A DNA stretch of 59,976 bases from an uncultured Candidatus Saccharibacteria bacterium. GTDB lineage: Bacteria; Patescibacteriota; Andersenbacteria; UBA10190. Below the pieces are notes generated by a model. The model saw only the letters and a list, made by a program, of their open reading frames with translations, had not been told where the DNA came from and did no database searches. The position numbers and the translations under genes are program-made. Within the stretch, counting starts at the first letter, position 1, and each line of letters opens with the position of its first letter. Positions 26,778 to 34,626 of the stretch are shown here, in pieces. The stretch is taken from positions 1 through 59,976 of the forward strand of contig CAYVFG010000004.1 of assembly GCA_964450915.1 (NCBI GenBank), in the 5' to 3' direction.

Positions 26778-26848
26778 TTCCCGGGCATGGATTCGAACCA
26801 TGATTCAGAGATCCAAAGTCTCTTGTCCTGCCTTTAGACGACCCGGGA
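26778..26848 (-). tRNA. tRNA-Gln (anticodon TTG)
   Basis: Acceptor TCCCGGG/CCCGGGA, anticodon stem AGAGA/TCTCT, loop CTTTGGA and T-arm CATGG-TTCGAAT-CCATG. Confidence 0.85.
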
Positions 26849-26981
26849 GTGATGTTGATACTAATGAATTATTTGATTTTCGGCAAGAAAAGGCTATGTC
26901 GCCCAATATTGACTTTTCTTAATATTTTCATCAAGATGGCAGTACACAAATACGGATCGTACTTTTTAGAAAGGCCGCAGT

Positions 26982-27425
26982 ATGGCAAGAGATATTCGTG
27001 AACATGTTCAGCTCGTTAAAGACCGGCGTCTGGAAATGGTTGAATTAGCGCGTGGATTGCGCCGTGCAGGAGTTATTGTTGGCTATGATCATCAGCTGCG
27101 AAGCGTATGCGGTATGGTTCCGTTTTTTGCGCTATTTCTACATGACTTAAGCGCAGAGACTCACATCCGTTTTCGGCTTATGGATTGGCAAACTGATTCT
27201 GATGTTGTGATTACAAATATTGGAACAGTACCGTCATCTGCTCAGAGAAAAGGATTTGCCTCCCAGGCAGTGCAAGAAGTAATTGCCTGGGCAAAAGAAA
27301 AAGATTTGCACGAGATACGTGCGACGCAAGTTTCAGATCCCGCATACGAAAAATTCTGGGAAAAGAACGGATTTGTTCGAGACGCAGAACCGAACGATTG
27401 TGGAGATTATGTATATCGATGGTAG
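26982..27425 (+). CDS. GNAT-family N-acetyltransferase
   Basis: 147 aa. QRKGFASQAVQEVIAWAKEKDL...FWEKNGF matches the acetyl-CoA-binding motif A/B pattern. Confidence 0.65.
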   Translation: MARDIREHVQLVKDRRLEMVELARGLRRAGVIVGYDHQLRSVCGMVPFFALFLHDLSAETHIRFRLMDWQTDSDVVITNIGTVPSSAQRKGFASQAVQEVIAWAKEKDLHEIRATQVSDPAYEKFWEKNGFVRDAEPNDCGDYVYRW

Positions 27426-27427
27426 CG

Positions 27428-27460
27428 CCGACACAAGAAATTGATGTCGGTTTTTTATTT
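27428..27460 (+). terminator. rho-independent terminator of the GNAT gene
   Basis: CCGACA-N11-TGTCGG followed by TTTTTTATTT. Confidence 0.65.
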
Positions 27461-27493
27461 GTAAGAAAAAACCGCCATAGCGCTGTGGCGGTT
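27461..27493 (-). terminator. rho-independent terminator of the FHA gene
   Basis: ACCGCCA...TGGCGGT hairpin (27471-27492) followed on the minus strand by TTTTTCTTAC. Confidence 0.6.
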
Positions 27494-27524
27494 GGGTTGC
27501 GATGCGTGTTTGAACCACGTGGAT

Positions 27525-27953
27525 TCACTGCTTTTTGACGGAAATTTGCAGCAGGCCGACGATGAACACGGACTCGTGCGGAACAACAAGGATTTCGTAA
27601 GGTGGGATTTGTTTGTCATTGAGAATGGTTCCGTTGGTTGATCCGATGTCTTGTATCGTCAGTGTGCCGTCTCTCCGCAACTCTAAAGCGAAATGAAATT
27701 TCGAAACCGATTTATCTGTCATGCCCTCATCTTCTCTGCCAAAAATCCATGCGCCGGGATTGGATAGCGGAAGATCCGTCACCAGCGATGATGGATGAAG
27801 TATCGATAGTGTGTATGCGGCGGGCTGGTACGTCTCGGAATCGGGGAATCGTTCCAAGAAGTTCGTTCTCCCCGCTTCGATACGTTCCCGCATGCCAACT
27901 TTCTGAGGCAGGATGGTCGAGAGAATAGGAAGGGTTTTTCGGAGGTCAAGCAT
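27525..27953 (-). CDS. FHA domain-containing protein
   Basis: 142 aa. GRE...VSKFHFALE...DIGSTNGTILN matches the core FHA pattern G-R...S-x-x-H...S-x-N-G-T. Confidence 0.75.
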   Translation of the reverse strand: MLDLRKTLPILSTILPQKVGMRERIEAGRTNFLERFPDSETYQPAAYTLSILHPSSLVTDLPLSNPGAWIFGREDEGMTDKSVSKFHFALELRRDGTLTIQDIGSTNGTILNDKQIPPYEILVVPHESVFIVGLLQISVKKQ

Positions 27954-28003
27954 GGCAAGATCCTTTCAAGGTTTGAACGTGCGCGAAAAAACAGCGTGCT
28001 ACA

Positions 28004-28031
28004 TATATAGCATATATTATACAATTGTCAA
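28004..28031 (-). promoter_or_regulatory. sigma70-like promoter of the FHA gene
   Basis: The minus strand reads TTGACA (28031-28026), a 16-nt spacer and TATATA (28009-28004), directly after the dnaX stop. Confidence 0.45.
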
Positions 28032-28034
28032 GTA

Positions 28035-29582
28035 TCAGCCTACTTTTGCTCCGAATACTTCTTGTACGTTTTTCAGGAGATCGTCTTCTTTGGTAATTTT
28101 TTGTTCGCGCATTGCAATGCCGGATACTGGTTGCGTTTGGAGTTGGCAGGTGAGCTTAACGGTGTGCCCCGTCACTTCTAAAATTGCTGATGTAACCATG
28201 TTTGCCATATCTGGTTTTTCGAAGAATGTTTTATGCAATGGGAATTGCACTGCAAGTGTTAGTGCGTTATTTTGGAGCATATTTGGCGATACCGCACGAA
28301 GGAATGTTGAAGCGACAGGGTTGTTTGCGCGTACTTTTTGAATGACGTCGTCCCAGGATGCTTGTATGTTTTGTAATGCGTCTGGCCGCCCATCGGGGCG
28401 AGCCTCGACCTGCGGGGCGGGGTTATCTGATGCGACAACTGGTGCGGGAGGATTTGGCGCTGCCTGCGGTGCTGGTTGTTCGGCTACAACGGATTGCTTG
28501 GTTGCTGCGGGGCTAATGGATTGTGCGGGTGTTTGGGGCGCTTGGCGTTGTATGGGAGATGGCGTACTCGACGCGCATGCCGTTACGATTGCGATTTCAA
28601 TTGCAATCATCGGATCCGGAACGATGGCCATGTCTTGGGTAGCAACTAAAAATGACCGCATAATAATCGTCAGGCGCTGCGCTGGCTTTCCTGCAAGAAC
28701 TTCCTTGATAACTTGTTCGCGTGCATTATAAATAGATTCCTGTAAAAACTGATCCGGATCGAACCCGTCTTGATATGCTTTGGTTGCAATACTGAGCGCC
28801 TCTTTTGCGTCGGAGGCAACGAGCGCTGTAATAAACGATTGAACAACTTCCGGAGAAGGAACTCCAAGCAGGCTGGATGCTTCTTGTGCGGTCAGCGCTT
28901 TGTCTGTTTGCGAAAGCAGCTGGCCAAGCAATGATTCCGCATCGCGATAGCATCCGTCGGATCGGGCAATAATAAACGATAGCAAGTCATCATTTGCTTC
29001 TCGCTTTTCTTCTTTAAGCAAGTGAGTCAGCCTGGTGCGCATTTCTGCGTCCGATGCGCGCTTGAACCGAAATACCTGGCATCTGCTTGCGATAGTTGCG
29101 GGCACTTTTTGCAGTTCTGTTGTTGCTAGTATAAAGATGACGTGCTTAGGCGGTTCTTCTAATAATTTTAATAGTGCAGCAAATGCCGGCGCAGATAACA
29201 TATGCACTTCGTCGATAATGTATATTTTGTATTCTCCGCCAGTAGGTGCAAGCGATGCCGTTTCCCGCAGCGCTCGAATATCGTCGATACCTCTATTGGA
29301 TGCGGCATCGATCTCTAAAATATCCATGAATCTGTTTTCTTGAAATGCCGTGCATGATGCGCACGTGCCGCACGGTTCTGCTGTGTTGGATGTAGTGCAA
29401 TTCAGGCGTTTTGCAAATACTCGGGCAGTTGTCGTTTTTCCCGTTCCTCTCGGGCCCTGGAACAGGTATGCATGGGCAAGTTTCTTTGTAAGAATTTCTT
29501 GCATAAGCACGCCCGTAATATGTTCCTGGCCTGCGATTTCAGAAAATGTTGTTGGTCTGTATTGTCGGTAAAGCGCTGGCAT
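28035..29582 (-). CDS. dnaX: DNA polymerase III subunit gamma/tau
   Basis: YRPTTFSEIAGQEH, Walker A GPRGTGKTT, a Zn module CGTCASC, Walker B IIDEVHML, and a Pro/Ala/Gln-rich linker. Confidence 0.9.
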   Translation of the reverse strand: MPALYRQYRPTTFSEIAGQEHITGVLMQEILTKKLAHAYLFQGPRGTGKTTTARVFAKRLNCTTSNTAEPCGTCASCTAFQENRFMDILEIDAASNRGIDDIRALRETASLAPTGGEYKIYIIDEVHMLSAPAFAALLKLLEEPPKHVIFILATTELQKVPATIASRCQVFRFKRASDAEMRTRLTHLLKEEKREANDDLLSFIIARSDGCYRDAESLLGQLLSQTDKALTAQEASSLLGVPSPEVVQSFITALVASDAKEALSIATKAYQDGFDPDQFLQESIYNAREQVIKEVLAGKPAQRLTIIMRSFLVATQDMAIVPDPMIAIEIAIVTACASSTPSPIQRQAPQTPAQSISPAATKQSVVAEQPAPQAAPNPPAPVVASDNPAPQVEARPDGRPDALQNIQASWDDVIQKVRANNPVASTFLRAVSPNMLQNNALTLAVQFPLHKTFFEKPDMANMVTSAILEVTGHTVKLTCQLQTQPVSGIAMREQKITKEDDLLKNVQEVFGAKVG

Positions 29583-29616
29583 GACTCACTATTCTACTGC
29601 AAGCGGGCGTATTCTG

Positions 29617-30114
29617 CTAGCCCCTTTTTCCATGCTTAAAAATGAATAGCTTGCTTCCGAAAAAGTTGACGAATAATATAATTCCGATCGCAAGAACTTT
29701 TGCAGCAAGATCCTTGTTGGATCCAAACATTTGGCCGATAAAGAGCACATGGAATGCGAAATACGAAACAAGGATTTGATTCAATATCCATGTGAAAAAA
29801 TTGAGCGTAAAGTATCCTGCTCCCTGCTTGGCTGCGCTTTCGGTGGTGTCTTTAAACGTCCAGTATCTGTTAATAATAAAATTGCTGCAGATTGCTAAAA
29901 ATACGCTCACGTTATTTGCGGCTATGATTTCATTGCCTAGAATTGTGTACGTCGTATGCCAGCCGATAATGCGCGTTAAAAATCCGAATGTTGAAAAATC
30001 GACAATGGCTCCAATTGCCCCGGTAATGCCAAACTTTACAAACTGCTTTGCAATGGTGTGGTAGCGATCGGGTACGAATACGAGTACCCGCTGTTGAATG
30101 GATTCGAGTGTCAT
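29617..30114 (-). CDS. GtrA-family membrane protein
   Basis: From MTLESIQQ it has KFGITGAIGAIVDF and NRYWTFKD, with 4 TM helices. Confidence 0.75.
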   Translation of the reverse strand: MTLESIQQRVLVFVPDRYHTIAKQFVKFGITGAIGAIVDFSTFGFLTRIIGWHTTYTILGNEIIAANNVSVFLAICSNFIINRYWTFKDTTESAAKQGAGYFTLNFFTWILNQILVSYFAFHVLFIGQMFGSNKDLAAKVLAIGIILFVNFFGSKLFIFKHGKRG

Positions 30115-30119
30115 GGATA

Positions 30120-30653
30120 TCAATGATGAATAACGTGATCGACTGCGCCCCACTCGGCATCGCCGTGTTCTGGTACCAATACGGTTACTTCGTCACCTTC
30201 TTGCGCTTTGTAGAAAGTAACGCTCGCAAGTAAAATTTTGTATGTTTTATCTTCAGCCTTTACGCCGAAGTTGCCCTGATCGTCAACGACGAGCGTTCCG
30301 ACTACGCGCTTGCGCTCTACCGGATTGATTTGCTTGTACAAGAGCGACCCATCCGTTTCTATGGTGAGCTTGAGTACGTCTCCTTCTACGATTTTTGATT
30401 TGGAAGCGTAGTTTGGCGGAATCGGGTATTCTTCCCCGTCATTGCCTTGCATGTTCTGTCCATCAAAAACACCTTCAATAATACGCTCGCCCTCTAGCAC
30501 TTCTTCTGATGAAGCGGGTTGCGCATCGGCGGTATCTTCGAGTTGCGATAAGTTAGGCTCTTCCTCAAGTGCTTGGCGTACATACTGGATATTTCGTTCG
30601 GCGTCATCAAGTCGCTGTTTGATGAGTGCAATGGTTCGTGGATCAATAGCCAT
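30120..30653 (-). CDS. hypothetical protein (acidic N-terminal coil, beta-rich C-terminal half)
   Basis: 177-aa ORF upstream of and co-oriented with GtrA. No recognised motif. Confidence 0.5.
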   Translation of the reverse strand: MAIDPRTIALIKQRLDDAERNIQYVRQALEEEPNLSQLEDTADAQPASSEEVLEGERIIEGVFDGQNMQGNDGEEYPIPPNYASKSKIVEGDVLKLTIETDGSLLYKQINPVERKRVVGTLVVDDQGNFGVKAEDKTYKILLASVTFYKAQEGDEVTVLVPEHGDAEWGAVDHVIHH

Positions 30654-30718
30654 AAAAGGTATGTTTGTGTTGGGTTATTCTTCTGCCTATATGATATACT
30701 GCTTGGAAATCTAATACA

Positions 30719-32212
30719 ATGTCCCGATTACAAGCAGGTCTATTACTATTTTTTATTATTTTAGCAGGGACTGCCGTGCGGTCGTACAGTATTACTGCCA
30801 GGAGTTTGTGGTTCGATGAAGCATTTTCGTGGAGACTGATTCATTTCCCTCTTGCGGAAATGATTGCGCGCGATGCGCAGGATGTTCATCCGCCGTTATA
30901 TTATATCTTCCTGCAAGGCTGGAGTAAGATATTTGGAAGTTCGTTGTTAGCCCTTCGCATGTTCTCGGTGTTTTGTTCGGCGATTGCGCTCTGGGCAGGA
31001 TATCTATTTTCTGCGTATGCGTGCAAGTCTCGAAAGGTCGGATTTCTTGCCGTAACGCTGCTAGCTATTTCCGGCTGGGATATTTCGTATGCATGGGAGG
31101 CGCGCATGTATCCGCTCGGAATGATTTTTGCCTTTTTATCTTCGTATGCATTATTGAAAGCTCTTAGGAATGTTTCTTTAAAATGGTCTGTTGCATATGG
31201 CTTTGCAGCTGCGGCGCTCATATATACTCATTACTACGGATACTTTACTGTTTTTGCCCAGGCGTTGTTCGCAATGATCTTTCTTATTCGAGCAAAAAAT
31301 ATTCGTCTTGCGCTTTATGCGGGCATTGCGGGCGTGCTCGCCGTTATATTGTATCTCCCGTGGATTCCTGTGTTTTTGCATCAAAATCAGCAGGTTCGAA
31401 CGGCGTATTGGGTGCCGCCCATTGCGATTACTTCGGTACCGGATACGTTTTATCAGTTTTTTGTTCCAACGAAAGAAATACCCCCGCATCATTTCCCGAT
31501 TGTTATTCTTTCTGTCTTGCCGATTGTCGGCGTGCTTTGCTTATGGGTTTGGCTGCTCTTTCAAAAGCGCGTAGCAAGAGACGCCACGGTACTTGTCGCT
31601 ATCCTTGGATTCATCCCGTTCGTTGCGGGCATTATAGTCTCATTTACGGGAAGAAGCTTGTATAACGACAGGTTCTTTGCGTTTGCGGGAATTTTCGTGT
31701 TTTGCGCGCTTGCATGTGCATTGATGCAAGTTCCCAACAAGATACTCAGGAGATTTCTCATAGCGGCGGCAATTATCGGTCTTGGTACAAGCTCTAGTAG
31801 ATACTGGAACGAATTGGATATTATGCATAAGCCCGGCGCGCACGGAGCGACGCAATATGTGTTTCAGGAACGATCAAATGACGATCCCGTGCTGGTGAGT
31901 TCCCCGTATGTATATTTTGCAATTGAAAATTATGCTGCTGATGAATTTTTATCTCCGAATGTTCCTCATTTATTTTCACAAACGGGCGAATTGTCGCACT
32001 TTAGCGGAGGGCCGATTATGATACGGAGCGATATTGCGGGCCCGAACGATATTAAAAAATATGTTGGCACCGTATGGGTTATTGATACGACAGGATATAC
32101 GGAGACGCCGTTTCAAGCGCCGAGCAACTGGACCGAAGTAAACAGTAGGACGTTTCCGGAAGTGTTCGTATATCAGGGCGATATTACAGTCAGGCAGTTT
32201 GAAGTGAAATAA
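30719..32212 (+). CDS. GT39/ArnT-PMT-like membrane glycosyltransferase
   Basis: 497 aa, polytopic. SLWFDEAFSW and DVHPPLYY in the first loop are typical of the PMT_2/ArnT family. Confidence 0.75.
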   Translation: MSRLQAGLLLFFIILAGTAVRSYSITARSLWFDEAFSWRLIHFPLAEMIARDAQDVHPPLYYIFLQGWSKIFGSSLLALRMFSVFCSAIALWAGYLFSAYACKSRKVGFLAVTLLAISGWDISYAWEARMYPLGMIFAFLSSYALLKALRNVSLKWSVAYGFAAAALIYTHYYGYFTVFAQALFAMIFLIRAKNIRLALYAGIAGVLAVILYLPWIPVFLHQNQQVRTAYWVPPIAITSVPDTFYQFFVPTKEIPPHHFPIVILSVLPIVGVLCLWVWLLFQKRVARDATVLVAILGFIPFVAGIIVSFTGRSLYNDRFFAFAGIFVFCALACALMQVPNKILRRFLIAAAIIGLGTSSSRYWNELDIMHKPGAHGATQYVFQERSNDDPVLVSSPYVYFAIENYAADEFLSPNVPHLFSQTGELSHFSGGPIMIRSDIAGPNDIKKYVGTVWVIDTTGYTETPFQAPSNWTEVNSRTFPEVFVYQGDITVRQFEVK

Positions 32213-32556
32213 AAAAATAACCCCGCCAGCTGGAGCTTTGCGTAGGATATCAGGAAAGTGTGTGGATACTTTCTCTTTCATCGCTAGGCAAAACCTCGAC
32301 AGCTGGTCGGGGGCTACAGAAACCGCCACGAACAAATCGGAAGAAGTGCTGCAACGAACAGCATGTGGCACGATTTGTTCGCGTGGATTGAAGCGGACGG
32401 TGAGATGCGAAAGGTCTTAGTCGATCATGAGCGATAAGACTATGTACAAGGCCCCGTATGAGGACGTTGCGCATAATGGGCAGTAAACTGCTGCTTGTCT
32501 TTGCTCGACCGGAACAACCTCCCCAATCGCTTGGGCTCAGCTTCTCACCGTCCGCT
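32213..32556. ncRNA. unassigned highly structured non-coding element (candidate ncRNA or structured 3' UTR)
   Basis: No credible ORF. Three long helices were verified by hand: 32221-32232/32300-32313, 32326-32339/32371-32386, and 13 perfect bp at 32393-32405/32543-32555. A GCGA tetraloop and a terminal T-tract appear only on the minus strand. Confidence 0.5.
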
Positions 32557-32564
32557 GTAAAAGA

Positions 32565-33353
32565 TCAACTCGAAACTGACGATTTGTAATATACTCTATT
32601 GGGTATTCGTAAGTCAATATACTGCAATGTTTGCATCTCCTGGGCTGTTACGGTGTGCTCTAGGAGGCGTTTGAGGATATCGAGCTGATCGTCTGCTGAC
32701 CTGGTCGTATCCATGAGGAGCGTCCAATTTTTATCCAGCAGAAAATGAGCCTCTCGCGTTTCCAGCGAAGGGATCTGTATCTCAACTACCTGCGCATTTG
32801 CTGCATCCGGCAGTTTTTTGAGAGTTTCGGCAATGAACGAAATAAATTGGTCATCTACCGCCCTAGCTCCAAGGGTTACCTTGGCATTTTGATCAGAGGT
32901 TTTTACTACTGGCAAGACTATTCCGGGTAATGCATCCAATGACGCTTCTTCGTATGCTATTCCCTGATTGTCCAGGAAATAGTATGTCCCTCCAGATAGA
33001 AGAAGCAGCACGGGAGTTTTTTCTTGAATGACGACTTTTATAGTGCCCGGCAGCTTGCGAATGATATGAGCATCTTTTACTTGCGGAACTTTTTGCAGAA
33101 TTTCTCGTTCGGTTGGTTTTGTTTGCGCAAATAATATATTCTGACCAATGATCTTTTCTGCAATTGCGCGGACTGCGATTTCCGTGTTCGGTTTTGCGTC
33201 GACTATGGTAACGGTGGTGATGGAAAATGTTTTAGTGAAAAATAGTAGCCAGATAAACAAGACGGCCGGGACAATAACAAGCAGTGCGAGAAATGCAACA
33301 GACGACCAATCCATTAATTTGCGGAGCAATACGCGCCATCGAACGCTATTCAT
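32565..33353 (-). CDS. ftsQ: cell division protein FtsQ/DivIB (POTRA domain)
   Basis: 262 aa with an N-terminal TM helix and POTRA-like FSITTVTIVDAKP...IRKLPGTIKVVIQEKTP. Confidence 0.7.
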   Translation of the reverse strand: MNSVRWRVLLRKLMDWSSVAFLALLVIVPAVLFIWLLFFTKTFSITTVTIVDAKPNTEIAVRAIAEKIIGQNILFAQTKPTEREILQKVPQVKDAHIIRKLPGTIKVVIQEKTPVLLLLSGGTYYFLDNQGIAYEEASLDALPGIVLPVVKTSDQNAKVTLGARAVDDQFISFIAETLKKLPDAANAQVVEIQIPSLETREAHFLLDKNWTLLMDTTRSADDQLDILKRLLEHTVTAQEMQTLQYIDLRIPNRVYYKSSVSS

Positions 33354-33357
33354 CTCT

Positions 33358-34626
33358 TTATTCTACCGCAGGAGCAAGCTTTTGAAACGGAAGGTATGGA
33401 TGCAGGCATGCTGGGAGTGTTACGGAGCCGTCTGTTTGCTGATGGTTTTCAATAAGGGCGATAAGTAATCGAGAGAGCGCAACTGCGGTGCCGTTGAGCA
33501 TGTGCACTTTTTGCATGTCGCCCTGTTCTGTTTTGTAGCGGATATTCAATCTTCTTGATTGATAGTCTGTCGTGTTGCTCGTTGAATGGGTTTCTCGATA
33601 TTTCTGTTCGCTCGGGATCCATGTTTCAATGTCGTATGTTTTTGCGGATGGTCCGCCCAAGTCGCCTGCCGCCAGCCTGATAACTCGATACGGAAGCTCA
33701 AGAGAGTCCATAATTGCTCGTTGCTGTGTCAATAAGAATTGATGTTCCTCCTCAGATTTTTCCGGAGTCGTAATGCTGAACATTTCTACTTTATCGAATT
33801 GGTGTAATCGTAAAATTCCTTTTACGTCCTTGCCATGGCTCCCCGCTTCTCTTCGGAAACACGGGGTAAACGATGCATAGCGAAGCGGCAATGTTTTGCC
33901 ATCCAATATTTCGTTCATGTGCATGGCGCCAAGAGACTGTTCGCTGGTACCAACTAAATATAAATCATCTTGTGTTTTGTATACCTCATCTCCTGCTTGG
34001 TCTAAGTAGCCCATTCCAGACATCGCGTGTTGGTTGAGTAATACAGGGGGAATAACCTGGGTGAACCTTTGCTTGGAAAGCATGTCCATGACGTAGCTTG
34101 CAATGCCTAATTCTAGTCGCGCTAAATCGCCCGATAGATACGTAAAGCGCGCTCCTGCAACCTTAGAGCCTCGTTCCATATCGATTCTGCTCCCCATTAA
34201 ATCGGTGTAGTTTTTTGGTGTTGCAGACATGTCTTGAACTTGCACATCGCTTTTTGCAATTTCAATGGCGTCATCTTCTCCGCCTTCTTGAACGTCAGGA
34301 AGTGGAATGTTGGGGATTTTAGACCACGCGATATCTCGTTCCTGGGATAATTGAGTTAGTGTTTCAGTTGCTTTTTTTTGTTCAGCATCAACTTTCTTCA
34401 TATCGCTTAAAATCACCGACTTCTGTTCCGCTGATGCTTTCATGATCTCTTTGCTCGCCTCGTTTTTTCTTGCGCGTAATTGCTCAACTGTGTCTGCAAG
34501 TTCGCGCCATTGCTCGTCGAGTTTTAGCAGGTTGTGAACCACTTCAAGTGCTACTCCTCGTTTCTCGAGTGCTTGTATAGCTGTGTTGCGCGTTGTCTCA
34601 TTTCGTAATAACCCGATATCGATCAT
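33358..34626 (-). CDS. serS: serine--tRNA ligase
   Basis: MIDIGLLRN, an N-terminal coiled-coil arm, and class II motifs (FRREAGSHGKD, GTAVALSRLL). Confidence 0.9.
   Translation of the reverse strand: MIDIGLLRNETTRNTAIQALEKRGVALEVVHNLLKLDEQWRELADTVEQLRARKNEASKEIMKASAEQKSVILSDMKKVDAEQKKATETLTQLSQERDIAWSKIPNIPLPDVQEGGEDDAIEIAKSDVQVQDMSATPKNYTDLMGSRIDMERGSKVAGARFTYLSGDLARLELGIASYVMDMLSKQRFTQVIPPVLLNQHAMSGMGYLDQAGDEVYKTQDDLYLVGTSEQSLGAMHMNEILDGKTLPLRYASFTPCFRREAGSHGKDVKGILRLHQFDKVEMFSITTPEKSEEEHQFLLTQQRAIMDSLELPYRVIRLAAGDLGGPSAKTYDIETWIPSEQKYRETHSTSNTTDYQSRRLNIRYKTEQGDMQKVHMLNGTAVALSRLLIALIENHQQTDGSVTLPACLHPYLPFQKLAPAVE

Noticed and set aside
28035-29582. Programmed -1 frameshift in dnaX producing a gamma subunit.
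   Set aside because: I found no A-AAA-AAG-type slippery heptamer on the coding strand within the gene. The single ORF encodes a full tau-like protein.
32213-32556. RNase P RNA (plus strand). The strings AGGAAAGTG, ACAGAAACCGCC, GCGAAAGG and GTAAAC occur in the same order as conserved RNase P segments.
   Set aside because: Three things argue against it:
- The universally conserved GAGGAAAGUCC is imperfect.
- No 3' partner exists that could form P4 (no ACAGAA plus complement near the 3' end).
- The verified long helices form three tandem domains rather than a P1-closed structure.

The region is kept as an unassigned element pending a covariance-model search.
32213-32556. tmRNA or SRP RNA. CCGCCAGCT resembles a tmRNA 3' acceptor strand, and GACCGGAAC vaguely resembles the SRP GGAA loop region.
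   Set aside because: Three things argue against it:
- There is no T-arm (GGTTCGA) or CCA end.
- There is no matching 5' GGGG acceptor partner.
- The conserved SRP domain IV string (GUCCGGAAGGAAGCAGC) is absent on either strand.
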